In this document: positions 35,951 through 49,579 of the stretch, piece after piece
Position numbering within the stretch: position 1 is the first letter of the stretch
Layout of the letters: the number at the start of each line of letters is the position of its first letter
Origin: Octopus bimaculoides
Taxonomy: Eukaryota
Assembly: GCF_001194135.2 (NCBI RefSeq)
Contig: NC_068981.1
Location: forward strand, 58,949,113 to 59,013,112
Direction: 5' to 3'
DNA length: 64,000 bases
Translations under genes and position numbers: made by a program
Notes under the pieces: generated by a model
Database searches by the model: none
What the model was told of the DNA's origin: nothing
The model's input: only the letters and a program-made list of their open reading frames with translations

Positions 35951-36959
35951 TAAGAAAATCATCAGCCACCAACAGTATCGTGATTTAAATAAAATGCAAT
36001 ACAAGTGAGAATGAAAATCGCATTGCAAATGGAGATCGTCCGGTAGTTGTTTCGATCACTCAAAGCCTTGGGACTAAGCCGTCTGATTGAAACTGTGTAG
36101 ATGAAATCTATATTAAAGTTTGTTGAGTGAATCGTATCTGTAATTCAAACGGACAAACGGAAGATCACAACTAAGGAGCCTACCAAAGCATTACAGTACG
36201 TAAATTTATTTTGTAACAGGAAAAAGAAACACTATCTTCCTCTTGAAATATGTATGTCGGAAAAAATAACATTACACGTATCAGTTGTAGAATTTTCGAA
36301 ACTATACTCAGTAAGATCTAGATCTTGCTGTGTCGAGAAATTCTTCATCTTGATGTCTGTTTATTTGTTGAATTGAAGAAATGAGATGATCTGGAAATGT
36401 ATCTGAAATAATCTAAATAGGACGAAAATTTATAGGTGATATGTATTTGAAAAGTTTCAATCTTTTTGGAATTCTTTGGAATCTTTTAATCCTTTAGGCA
36501 ACTTCATACAGTTATATTTAACGCAACTCAAATTTAGTCAGAAAGGCTTTCTGGTTAATAAATGTTCTAAGGTCTATTACGTAGTTTAGAAAACCCATCT
36601 CATTTGTCATTGTGAGTTTTGTCTCACTATCAGCGAAATAACTTGTTTCTGTCTTCTGAATATTTCGAACATTTCTAGTTTACTTTACTGAATTTTATTT
36701 TGTTTCTTGTATTTATTTCTTACTCATACAATGTCTCTCTGATATCTCATACTCCCTCTCTCACAAACACCCTTTCGTTCTGTTGGCAATTCTTCCTATT
36801 TATTTCGCATTTCACTTTCTGTTTTATATTAATTTTATAGTACCACTGTCTTTCACTTTCTCTCCCCTGTTTAATCTGATTCCTTTCTGTTAAATCCTTC
36901 GCAATACAATAAGATACATTTAAATGATGCACTCCTCGCAGCTTCTTCCTTCCTTTCTT

Positions 36960-37450
36960 TAACTTTTTGGCGTTTAATTACTTTGAAAGGTTAATCAAAT
37001 GGAAGGTTTATTATAAAAAAAACAATATACTTATGGTCCTTGGAAATAAAATGAAAACAACTGTTGAGGTATTAGTGGTTAAGTTCTATCTTCAATGACG
37101 AGATCAGAAATAATATTTTGGCTTTGGGTATTTATATCAGTTAGAGTATTTCGATTAATTTTCTTGTAAATTTTTGTGATGAAAATTGATAGGAATCTGT
37201 GATTAATAGTATAATTAACTTGATTTAAATATTTGGTTTAATCTAATTGTAAATATATTTGATTGGCATACTTGATTTCTTGTATTTTGGTTTTTAACTT
37301 CGTTTTTAACAGGGCACTATTAATCCCTTTTCTGAACTTTGGGGTTTTGATTAATGAAAATACAATTTCTTCAAATGGTATTAATAGCTCATTTTTAGGT
37401 AGGCATTTGTTAGATTTAGACTCATATCTTAAGTTGCTTCTCTGAGTCTT
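36960..37450 (-). mobile_element. Penelope-like element remnant (pre-RT N-terminal region)
   Basis: SKSNKCLPKNELLIPFEE...LIKTPKFRK...KLKTKIQEIK...ITKIYKK...INTQSQ...IEDR...KDHK resembles the region preceding the RT in Penelope-like elements. Recalled similarity only. Confidence 0.5.
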
Positions 37451-39046
37451 TTCTAGTTTATTGAAGAAAAATAATGTAACCTAAGACTCTGGATAAAATG
37501 GCCCTTTCTCTGCATTAGGCACCCAAGATAAATTTTAAAATAATTTCTTGAGAAATAACAATATTTACTGCTTCAACATTTTAAAGAATGCAATTAGTAA
37601 ATCATTTAATAAAAAGGATGTACTCTGACAGAATAAGAATGGGGACCACAAACAACAAAGAGTTCTATGCGTTGAAATCAGAGTATTCATATTTATTCAT
37701 TAAGGTGCTACAATTTTGTTTCATTCATAATGTGTACTCTTCATTGAGTAAAAAAAAAGACAACTTATAAATAACGTATTATAATGACATTTATATATGT
37801 ATATAATGGTCGGCAATAGAGAAGAAGAGCGAAAATAAGATAACATAGAGGCAAAAGGCTGGAGTTTGAAAAGCTGTGAGGGAGGACCTGAAATTAGAAG
37901 CGTTGAATTTTATATTGGGATAAATGTTAAAACAGTGTAGTATGTATTTGGATTTAAGAATGAACATATTTTTTTGGTTTGATTGATTAATAGAGATAAC
38001 TTAGAGTTTAATACTTCTAAAACTGTGAATGTGCGAATAAATTTTGAAAACTTGTGATTAAATTAAAGTAAAGAATAAGTCTAAAAGTGTGTGACTGCAA
38101 CAAACTTAAAAGTATTTATAAAATTTGATCAATGTAATGTGAAGTTGTTTATCATACGTAGTAGATAAGCACTTTTGTTCTCAGAAGAATACTCATAATA
38201 TATTGGTCTTCATGCTTTTGTAGAAAAACAAACACAAATGAGAACATCGGTATCCATTAAACTAGGGCATATTAAAAATTAAAGAAAAGAATTACAAGAA
38301 ATTAGTTGAAAACAAAGGGAGATACCACTTTTAAGTTCCGAAATTAATGGTGGAATAAACTGCAAAAATAAGTATTAAACGGGCAAGAGCGATTGTTAAA
38401 TTCCTGAGAGCGGGTAAGATGTGGAATATAACAGCAAAGTTAATTGCATATGAAATAAATGTAGGAACAACTGTTCAAACGTACAAATAAAATACTTATA
38501 TGTATTTTAAGCAATACACATATATAGTGTGTATATACATATGTACTTTACATGTATATATATATATATATGCGCGTGCACACACACACGCACATATATA
38601 CATACATACATCAATACCGACGATCCAAACATACAGCAGATTGTATTATATTCCATGTTAATTGTAGTCCTCATGAGACAACTAACAAGAGACCCGGTAT
38701 AATATATATATATCAAAAGTAAGAAAATAGAGAGGTAATTAATAAATTATATATATATCAAAGAGTTGTGTTCAGGATAAATGGAAACTTAGCAGCGACA
38801 ACTGAGTAAGTCGAAGTTGTGTGAAAGCTTATCGAATGAACTGTACCATTCCGGCCTTGAATTTCTGTCACACTAATTTTGCATGAGATTTATGTTAAAA
38901 GTACACATATCTGTGAAATACGAAACCATTTACACGGTAATTTAATGGACTGGTGGTTAAGTTAATTGGACAACAGAGTACTTATCGTCGAATCTAACGG
39001 ATATCCGTTCACTTATTTAAATTCCGTATTTATGTACGTACACACA

Positions 39047-39095
<49 letters not shown>

Positions 39096-39105
39096 NNNNN
39101 NNNNN

Positions 39106-39149
<44 letters not shown>

Positions 39150-39713
39150 CAGAGAGAGAGAGAGAGAAAGAATACTGCAAATAAACAAATAAATACTCGG
39201 ATTTTAATGTTCAAAGTATATATACATGTATACATGTAAACATTAGTTTGTTTGCTTCCATTACCGGCTACAAATGTTTGATGAACTACATCTGCCAACA
39301 TTATAAAGCAATTCCAAGCTTTCAGAAACTGCTATCGGACTTTTAACACCCTCCCCCTTCTAATTCTTTGAGTCTATGTAATCTGAATAAGTTTGCTCTA
39401 TAAAATTTTAGATATATGTATATATATATTTTCACTTGATTGTTTATCATCTGAAAATTTTGAGTCTGCCTTCACCTTTTACACGCATACATGTAATTAT
39501 ATTTATTGTACATTAAAACCCAAGGCCTTTTCTGTTTATTTGAATCATTGTCCTCATATCTGCTCTCTTGGATTCCCCTTATAGCTACACTTTAACCTGC
39601 TGGCTTGGTGCTCGGTAAAGTGTAAGTTCAAATCAGAGCACTATTAAGTGTTTTCTATATTGAGATTCTCTCGACATCATCTGCTGACTCTACATAACAT
39701 ACATAAATACACA

Positions 39714-39798
<85 letters not shown>

Positions 39799-40232
39799 GT
39801 AGAAAGTTGAAAAGGAGCACACGAGATGATATATATGGAAAAAAGTCAGGGTAGAAAATGCTAAAATGATTTTATAAAAAGAGTAAAAATAAATAAATGA
39901 ATAAAGACTTACAAAGTATAACCTTTCACCCCTTAAATATTTATTGAGCTAGACTAATAATGATAAAGAACTATTGGACAAAAATTCAGATATGCAGCGT
40001 TTCCTTGGTGAGATACCGGATATAAATATGTTAAGAGGCTCAGATAAGGTGATATAGTATTTAACATAAATAAATAAATAAGACTTAAAGAGAATAGATA
40101 TATGTTAATAAAAGTAACAAGGGCTTAAATATGGGCCAATTAAACAAGTTAAATTAAAACTTATAAATAAAATTATTTAAATAGCTAAATATAATGCCCT
40201 CAAAACCGGAACTAGGTATTAATATAGATGTG

Positions 40233-40515
40233 AAGAGCTAAAGAACAACTGGAAATAATCTAAATTAGGAACATATCAAAGCGAAACCACCAGGTAGAAA
40301 TAAATATGTATTATTTACAGTGAGTTAGAAAATAGCTACAGGTTTGGTTCATATAGTACAATTAATTTAGAGGTAAAGAGCTAATGGAAATCTAGAAACA
40401 ATCTAAATTAGGGACATACACAAAACGAAACCCGGTAAATGTAAATATATATTTTATAGTGAATTAGAAAAAAAGCTAAACTGTGAGGTTCTTATAGTAT
40501 AATTCAAAATTAAAG
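40233..40515 (+). repeat. Imperfect tandem duplication, ~143-bp unit x2
   Basis: AAGAGCTA at 40233 and 40376; AATCTAAATTAGG, CGAAACC..GGTA and AGTGA(G/A)TTAGAAAA each recur at the same spacing. Confidence 0.8.
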
Positions 40516-41090
40516 CAAATAAAACTTATTAATATTATCATAAATGAATAAGTTAATGGCTAGATATACCTTCATGCAAGGAGATAAAATAAAACTGTAA
40601 AAAAATTATTGTACATGAGATAGCAATACGTAGAAAGAGATAGAGGGAAGAATTATAAAAGAAATTATTATGCTTGCTAGGAGATAGGTAACTGTAAACT
40701 GTAATTATAGTATGTGTTGATAGATGGAGATAAGACCAGATATGTAAAATCAATAGAAAAAATACAAAGCGAGGTAATAGATAAATTACTAGAAAGCTTC
40801 CCCAAAATGTAAATGGCGCTAGAAAATATGCAACTTAGAATCTTAGGAGAGGTGTGCAAGGTATGAAGTAAAAGTACTATACTAACTGATAAGTTATGTG
40901 GATTTATTACTAAAAATATTAAATCATTCCACCAAGAATACGAAGAAAAAAGAAAGTAAAATATTTAATTAAAGGCTGGAAGATAGAGAGAATGATAGTG
41001 AATTTATTAGGAGGTAGGTATAAGAAAACTGATTATAATATNNNNNNNNNNNNNNNNNNNNNNNNNNNNNNNNNNNNNNNNNNNNNNNNN

Positions 41091-41125
<35 letters not shown>

Positions 41126-41629
41126 TGAGGATTGGACCAAATATAGTTTAATTGGTAAAGCCAATTATTCAGAAAATAATTAAAAGGATTAGTTGTAAAA
41201 ATATACATATGAATAGATAAATATACATGATAAGAAATAAATATAATAGGAGAACAATAAAGTTAGAGTATTATAAGATAGGTGCAAGATGTACTGTAAA
41301 CAAATATATATACATAATAAATATGCAGTTTATAATGAAATAGTTATTAAATTAACAAGCCAAGCAATATGAATAAGAAGGGGTAAATAAATAAATACAA
41401 ATATAAATAAATGTATATACATGGTAAGGAATAGATATAATGGGGGAACCATAAAAGGGGTAAAGAGAGCCTAGTGTGAGAGAAAGGGGTAAATGAGTTA
41501 TTAAATGGGAACCTTTAAGAGGGGTTTACATACCATAAAGCAGTAAGGGAAAGGGGCAAGTAAGCTGTTATATAATTTAGACATGCATGTTAGTATAAAG
41601 AATAAGAATAGCTATATAATATTTTATCC

Positions 41630-41990
41630 ATATTTCGAAAATACAAATTTGGTTTTGTGTATGCAAGAGTTATCACGTTCATCTCTGAGGTTAGGAGTAG
41701 GGTATTTTGCAGAGAGAATATAACATTTTTCATTTAAGCACAAGACATTTTTTCATATTAATTTGATAAGAAGGTGCCGAGGCAAGTATTTCCCATTTCA
41801 AGTGGTACTGTATATTCCTATCTTTTAACTCCCAAATAAATCCACTTGGTCCTGTATAATAAGATTTAAGTTTATTCCTGAAAATATAGAGATGAGTGAC
41901 AATACGCTTGTTAACCTCATTTTGTGTCGAGCCTATATAAGAATTTTTCATTCTTTTAATTAATAAATAGTAATTTATTAATTACCTTTC
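41630..41990 (-). mobile_element. Penelope-like element GIY-YIG endonuclease remnant
   Basis: ORF 41730-41951 SYIGSTQNEVNKRIVTH...FIWELKDRNIQYHLKWEIL...YQINMKKC, continuing in a shifted frame as LCLNEKCYIL...NSCIHKTKF. The A-rich region to its left is probably the element's 3' part. Confidence 0.75.
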
Positions 41991-42317
41991 TATTTTGTTA
42001 TCTTATTATACTAAATAAATATATATAAACTACGGTTTATATAGTTACCTTGCAGTTGAGTATTAACTGTAATGTTCAAATTTCTTTGTATAGGTAACTA
42101 ACCAGTACTTCCATAGGAAGGTTTGTTACCTTTATTTGTATATATATACACATTTTATATATATACACACACATTATATATATGCATATATATCTATGTA
42201 TATAATAAATATATATATATATATGCATATAATAAACATAATATATATACATATTCTCCAATATAGAATAGATATGTAAATACAAGTGTGTGTGTGTGGG
42301 CGTGCCTATGTGTATCA

Positions 42318-42520
42318 GTGTGTGGTCCCAGGGTTTGGACGTAACGCTCTCGATCGCAAGACTCTGGTTTTGTTTTCCAGATCGGCGTTGCGTTGCGTTT
42401 TGGCGCAAAACACTTCATTTCCCGTTGTTCCAGTCCACTGAGCTGTAAATGAGAAACCCTGCGACGGACTGGAGTTCCGTTCAGAGGGCATGTTTGTCTT
42501 CCCGCCAAGCCTGTGGACTG
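42318..42520 (+). mobile_element. Decayed tRNA-derived SINE
   Basis: tRNA-like head, then TTCATTTCCCGTTGTTCCAGTCCACTGAGCTGTAAATGAG (shared with 4763-5024) and CCTGCGACGGACTGGAGTTCCGTTCAG. Confidence 0.6.
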
Positions 42521-43561
42521 ACATCATCCAAAAGCGACAACTATGGGAGGAAGCACATTGTGAACAGTGGTGTGTAGCAACACTCGATAGTGTGGCCGAT
42601 ACAGTGATATAGTGATATATATATATATANNNNNNNNNNNNNNNNNNNNNNNNNNNNNNNNNNNNNNNNNNNNNNNNNNNNNNNNNNNNNNNNNNNNNNN
42701 NNNNNNNNNNNNNNNNNNNNNNNNNNGTGTGTGTTGAGAAACCGTCCATTATACCGTTAAGCAACAATTCCCCGCCCCATTACACTCCATTAAAATAGGC
42801 AATTAATTGGAACATAAGACACAATCTATTAGCAACTTTATATTTGACTTTAACTAAGAAAAAAAGCATAAATAACTCTTACATTAGAATTCTTCACACT
42901 CCAATAAATAAAATTGACTTTTATGTTTAAAACCGCTGATAAATTTGAATAAATGTCTAAAAATGCTTTTTGGCTATTTTCTTTTTGTCTGTAATCTTGT
43001 TTATCTTATCTTTTTTTCTTATCCGTTCCTCTTTCTTCTTCTTCTTCTTCTCCTTCGTCTGCACATATTTTCTCTGTTCCACACCTTTCTCTCTCACTTA
43101 AGCTTCATTTTTTTCTTTTTTTTCGTTTTTATCTTCCTGATGTTCTGTTTCGTGTTCTTCACAATATTCTCTAACTTTAATTTAATTCTTCTTCTACTCT
43201 TCTATATCTGTTTCTTTCCTTTTTCTTTTGCTTTTACTCAGGCATCTACCTCTCATTTTTTTCTTTCTCTTGCTGTTTCTTTTCCTATCCTCTAATCATG
43301 GTCTCTTGTCTACATGTAACTAATAGACCCTACTGTGGTTTTCTACTATGTCAGTTGATCCATAACTACAATTATTTTACATAGAAAGAAAAGCTTCCAA
43401 GTGCATAAATTTAGTTGCCCGAGGACTCGGACCGAGAAACTTCAAACAGCAACTCACGCAAGCTCAGCTTTGTGTAAATGACGTTATTATTCCACTCTAC
43501 ATAACAGTATTCAGTACATTTTCGGTCAATTACTACTCAAACCGCATGAGCCGCAATCAAC

Positions 43562-43599
<38 letters not shown>

Positions 43600-43631
43600 G
43601 AGAGAGGAAGAGAGTGAGAGAGAGAGTGAGT

Positions 43632-43688
<57 letters not shown>

Positions 43689-44144
43689 TGAGAGAGAGAT
43701 GCTACAAAGTTGTAGTGGTTACCGTGGTGTGGTGGGTACCTCAGCCTGCGGGAATTCGCGAACATGTGGTTCGATTCTTATTAGTTATTATGTTCAGTGT
43801 GTTTTTTATATTGTCGAATGAGCATTTCTGCTGAAATAGTATGCGCTTCATTTGCATTTGAGTAGCTACTTAAAATAAACTTGTTTTCAAATGTTTCAAT
43901 TCTTCAAACAAACCAAAACAAATCTACTCACTTCCTCGCTTATACATAAGTATGTTGATGCAAATGGAATAAAGACATTTTTGGTCAAAATCTTTGAAGG
44001 ATTAATTCTAATTATACAAAATAATAAATTTCATTCGTGTGTTTAGTAGATTAAATATTTTTTCTTGAAAAGTCAATAATTGTATAATGTAAAGCAATTT
44101 TAAAATAGTATCAGCTTTCCAAATTTTTAGCATGCCCTCAAATA

Positions 44145-44420
44145 TAAGGGTTGTCTACAAAATAATGCAAAAACAATCATAGATTTTAGTGATAGGTTGT
44201 TAAAATCGCATATGATAGTAGAAGATTCTTCTTCCATGCATAGGTACTGTATTTGTGCCATCGTAGGACTTTAGCTCTCGAATCTTCTTTTGAAAAATTG
44301 CACTGTTGTATCCCCTTCTTCACAACCAATATCACCTCGTCAGTGTCTCAAATCGTTTTCCCCGGAGACGGTCCAGGTAGAAGTAGGACACTGCCAAGGT
44401 ATCTCACCAGCACTTGAGAT
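44145..44420 (-). mobile_element. Old mariner 3' end remnant
   Basis: LRGKRFET...DEVI...RWHKY fragments. Terminal TA|TAAGGGTTGTCTACAAAATAATG resembles the TIR ending at 48117. Confidence 0.45.
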
Positions 44421-46112
44421 AACTTCCCACGGCAATCTATCCTATCGCTTTCTAATTATACTCTGGTTAACGTCTTTATTTGTTTATACACACCAGCGAT
44501 ATGTGTAACTAACTGGTCGGCAGTTCACACCCTCCCCTTCAAAAACATCTATCCTGGATCATTTCCTGTTCCCGTTTTCACTGCCACGTTTCCATAGTTC
44601 GACTCAAGAAGCGTATTGTGACCGGCATTGTATAGGATCATCCGCCATTCCAGTCGATGCAGTTATATGTTGATATTTATATCCACACGAGTCAGCAAGT
44701 GGCATAGAAAGACTTTGATACTTTGTTATCCACATCCCAAGCCTATTAATGATTTCATAGAATTCTAAGGTGCATGGTTTGTATTGCTTTGCACACACAC
44801 ACACACACACACACACGTACGCACACACGCACACACACTTATATATGTACTCATATGAACCGTAGAATTCTCATCATTACCATTCATAACTTTCTACTAT
44901 AAATGCAAACGCCAAACCATACAGTTTATTCTTACATTTTGATACAAAATTTTGAATAATTTCGCTTCTGTTAAGGTGCATAGCCTTTAGATAGCAAAAA
45001 TGAGTAATTCTTCTTATCAGTATAATAATTGGCATGCATGGAGGCTAAATATAAAAATAACCAAAAATAAAATAAATATAGAGCAATAGTAGAAAAAGTA
45101 TAGAAAATATGATTTACGAATTTAAGAGAAATCAAAACACTAATAACAAAGTAAAGTGAATGTTTCAACAACAGAACTAGAGGGGGGAAATGGGAAACTG
45201 ATCTTCTAGCTTTGACAGAATTTTGAGATTAAGTTGCTTAATGTCGTATTCCTGTTTCGACTGGAAGACATTTTGAATTTTTGGAATTTAGTTTTAGCTC
45301 TATGAGGTTCGATTATAAGGCTCTTGGGTCTAAGTTTATGAAAAGAAAGTTACTTGTAGAAAACCAAGCAATGACGTTACACGTATATGGCAAGCATGTC
45401 CTAAAGGAAGGTCAAAGATTCAACAAACTTTCATCTTGTTTAAGTTACATCGAAAAGACGAATGTGACAAAATTAACCGACTGCAAACAGCAATTGAAAA
45501 ACTAAGCTTGCAAACGCGACAGTAAATAGATTATTGGAAAACCAAAGGCCTGGAAGTAAAAGATGTGATCGTTGCACAGCAGATGATGGACAAATCCTTA
45601 ATAATCTTCATAATCATGACCTCCATTAGAACACAAAAACAGAGATTTTCAGGAAGCATCTTTGAGGAACGTCTGCTACATCACCAGGCTGTACCACCCT
45701 TATCTGATTAACCCGTAAACAAACTCTTGCTTATATATATGTTAACATATTCACGTAATATACTTATTTTCGCTTATCTTCCTTGTTCTTCCTTTTCTTT
45801 ATTCTACTCCTTCTACGTCGATACACTGACCTTTCTTTTGTCTGTTTTCCGCACCTTTTCTGGTTTCCTTCTATTTGCAATCATTTTTATTTCTTTTATT
45901 AACTCTTATGATTCATTGTACTGTTAAGCTTAATGACTTACGGCTAAGGGCTCTGAATCGTCAAAGAAGTGGAAACGTCATATGTTATCAAATCGAATAA
46001 ATGATATGGTTTCACTATTGCATTTATGGCAAGAAAGTGTTTGTAACCACGCGAGAAGTTCTGCTGCTCGATTTACTTTACGCCCAAGATACGACCGCGG
46101 TCGCGCATACAC

Positions 46113-46216
46113 ACACGCGCACACGCGCACACGCGCACACGCGCACACGCGCACACGCGCACACGCGCACACGCGCACACGCGCACACGCGCACACGCGC
46201 ACACGCGCACACGCGC
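46113..46216. repeat. (ACACGCGC)13 perfect octamer repeat
   Basis: Thirteen exact units counted by eye. Confidence 0.9.
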
Positions 46217-46293
46217 ACACGCACGTATATTGTCCGTCTAATTTAGAAGTTTACATTGCCAGCATTTAGGCTGACAGTGTGGTGAAGCCCGTA

Positions 46294-46364
<71 letters not shown>

Positions 46365-46368
<4 letters not shown>

Positions 46369-47565
46369 CATGTGTTTACATTTCCGGTTAGCACACATTT
46401 CAAACTATCTCTTGAGAAAGAAAGTTTAAAATTACTTAATTCATGCCAATTTTGCAACATTATGAAACTAGAAGATTATAAGATGCATTTTGGACACTTG
46501 ATGCTTTTTTATTACCGTAAAGGCAAAAATGCCCCGCCAGCAACAAAAAAAGATATGAGCAGTGTACGGTGAAGGTGTTTTAGCTGACAGAACAGTACAG
46601 TAGTGGTTCGCTAAGTTTAAAGTTGATGATTGTAACCTTATTGATGAAGAACGCTCAGGCAGACAGACACCCCACTTCAGATGACAACCAGACGACGACC
46701 ATTGATTGAGAATAACCCGCAATACACAACGTGAAAATTAGCAGAAACACTAAATTTATCAAAATCCACCATCCACGAGCACTTAGTGAAGCTTGGGTGC
46801 TCAAATCGCTACGATGTTTGGGTACCACATGATCTGAGTGAAAAGAATCTTTTGGATCGCATTTCTATCTGTGATTTTCTCTATAAACGCAATGAAAATG
46901 CACCCTTTTCGAAGCAAATTGTGACGGGTGATGGATCTTTGCAACAATGATCAGCGAAAAAGATCCTGGGGTAAGCGACATGAGTCACCTTTAGCCACCT
47001 CAAAAATAGGTCTTCATCCTAAGAAAGCTATGCTCTGCCTCTGGTGGGATTGAAAAGGAATCCTATACTATGAGCATCTGCCAAGTAACCTGTCAATTAA
47101 TTCTGAGAAGTACTGCTCGCAAAAGGACAATTTAGAGGCAGTAATTCAAGAAAAACGCATAGAATTGGCGAACAGGTAAGGTGTTGTTTTCCATCAGGAT
47201 AATGCCAGACCTCACGTTTCTTTGGCGACCCGTCAAAAATTATTGCAGCTTGGCTGGAATGTGATACCCCACCCGCCATATTTACTAGACATTGCTCCTT
47301 CGGATTTTCATTTATTCAGGTCCTTGCAAAATAATCTCAATGGTAAAAATTTTAATTCTTTGTAGGGCATAAAAAACCCCACCTTAATGAGCTCTTTGTC
47401 AATAAACCACCGAAATCCTGTGAAGACGGAATCTTTAAGGTGAAGGAAAGATGGAGTTGTGTAACAAAATGATTCATACTTAGTTGAATAAATATTTAAT
47501 AGCATAATTTTTGTTTGCTTTTCAATTTCCCTTAAAAATCGACATGGACTTTCCGGACACCCCAA
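46365..47565 (+). mobile_element. Mariner (DD34D, mellifera-like) transposon, relatively young but inactivated
   Basis: HFGHLMLFYYRKGKNA, DEERSGR, WVPHDLSEKNLLDRISIC, IVTGD, WWD*KGILYYE, HQDNARPHVS and PHPPYLLDIAPSDFHLFRSLQN. Right TIR GGACTTTCCGGACACCCCAA|TA; the left TIR is lost next to a (TA)n run. Confidence 0.9.
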
Positions 47566-47567
47566 TA

Positions 47568-48117
47568 CTTCCAACCCGTCAGAGCAGACTTGCACTATTT
47601 TCTCCTTGAAACCAGGTGTCAATTGCCAAAGTACCCACTTTGTATACATTTTCCGATTCTGAAAGTCTTCCACCATCTTCTGTAACGTAATGAGACAACG
47701 ATTCTGTTGTGCAGCAAGTTTACGGATGTGATTCGTCTGTCTGCGCGAATCATTTCGTTTACTTACTGGCGATTCGCGTCAGCAGCCTTGGTCAATGATT
47801 TCCTACTGCATTGTTCGTCTTCAGTATTAGTTTACCCTTCTTTGAATGACATCATTCTGTGCATATTGTTCTTGATAATGACATAAACAATCCACAGTCA
47901 TCTGTTAAAGTCGGACAGTCTGTACCTCTTCACCAAGAAATCAGTAACGGTACGTTGCCTCTGCTTGGAATCCATTGTTATCCTGCAATAAAGACGAATA
48001 GAGAGAAGAGTTTTTGTAGAGGAAGAGTTACTCGACCAGCCAGTACCATTTGAATGATATGTGTCAGATAATAAGATAATTATGTCCATCCCTACGTTAC
48101 TTTTGGGAGAACCCTTG
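47568..48117 (-). mobile_element. Old mariner 5' half (TIR plus HTH domain)
   Basis: TA|CAAGGGTTCTCCCAAAAGTAACG terminus. MDSKQRQRTVTDFLVK...FKEG*TNTEDE...MIRADRRIT...KMYTKWV..QLT from ATG at 47975. Confidence 0.7.
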
Positions 48118-48141
48118 TATACACACACACACATACACACA

Positions 48142-48188
<47 letters not shown>

Positions 48189-49240
48189 NNNNNNNNNNNN
48201 NNNNNNNNNNNNNNNNNNNNNNNNNNNNNNNNNNNNNNNNNNNNNNNNNNNNNNNNNNNNNNNNNNNNNNNNNNNNNNNNNNNNNNNNNNNNNNNNNNNN
48301 NNNNNNNNNNNNNNNNNNNNNNNNNNNNNNNNNNNNNNNNNNNNNNNNNNNNNNNNNNNNNNNNNNNNNNNNNNNNNNNNNNNNNNNNNNNNNNNNNNNN
48401 NNNNNNNNNNNNNNNNNNNNNNNNNNNNNNNNNNNNNNNNNNNNNNNNNNNNNNNNNNNNNNNNNNNNNNNNNNNNNNNNNNNNNNNNNNNNNNNNNNNN
48501 NNNNNNNNNNNNNNNNNNNNNNNNNNNNNNNNNNNNNNNNNNNNNNNNNNNNNNNNNNNNNNNNNNNNNNNNNNNNNNNNNNNNNNNNNNNNNNNNNNNN
48601 NNNNNNNNNNNNNNNNNNNNNNNNNNNNNNNNNNNNNNNNNNNNNNNNNNNNNNNNNNNNNNNNNNNNNNNNNNNNNNNNNNNNNNNNNNNNNNNNNNNN
48701 NNNNNNNNNNNNNNNNNNNNNNNNNNNNNNNNNNNNNNNNNNNNNNNNNNNNNNNNNNNNNNNNNNNNNNNNNNNNNNNNNNNNNNNNNNNNNNNNNNNN
48801 NNNNNNNNNNNNNNNNNNNNNNNNNNNNNNNNNNNNNNNNNNNNNNNNNNNNNNNNNNNNNNNNNNNNNNNNNNNNNNNNNNNNNNNNNNNNNNNNNNNN
48901 NNNNNNNNNNNNNNNNNNNNNNNNNNNNNNNNNNNNNNNNNNNNNNNNNNNNNNNNNNNNNNNNNNNNNNNNNNNNNNNNNNNNNNNNNNNNNNNNNNNN
49001 NNNNNNNNNNNNNNNNNNNNNNNNNNNNNNNNNNNNNNNNNNNNNNNNNNNNNNNNNNNNNNNNNNNNNNNNNNNNNNNNNNNNNNNNNNNNNNNNNNNN
49101 NNNNNNNNNNNNNNNNNNNNNNNNNNNNNNNNNNNNNNNNNNNNNNNNNNATACATACATACATACATACATACATGCATGCATGCATGCATACATACAT
49201 GCATACATACATGCATATATACATACATGCGTACATACGT

Positions 49241-49291
<51 letters not shown>

Positions 49292-49579
49292 CATATATAT
49301 ACATATATATATATATTTACACACACATACACACACACACACACACAGTGTTTGTGACAGTGTGTAGTAGATGATAAAATCAGTTGAGTATTTAACGAAA
49401 TGAAATGTCTTGCTGATTTGTCACTATGCGGTATTTTGTTACCTGGTTTCTGTTTTCAATCTTTGTGGGATCGATAATAAGTACAGGACGTATCGGACAT
49501 TCAATGAGATCGATTTGCTGATTTGTCAAATGATAACTAGTATATAGCTAGAAATATATCTTCTCTCTTTCTCGTATAC

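Noticed and set aside
43715-43785. tRNA-like A box (TGGTGTGGTGG) and B box (GGTTCGATTCT)
   Set aside because: No cloverleaf or acceptor stem could be formed. Most likely a decayed SINE head, not a tRNA gene.
47308-47676. 122-aa minus-strand ORF
   Set aside because: Chimera of the old mariner N-terminus and the antisense strand of the younger mariner.
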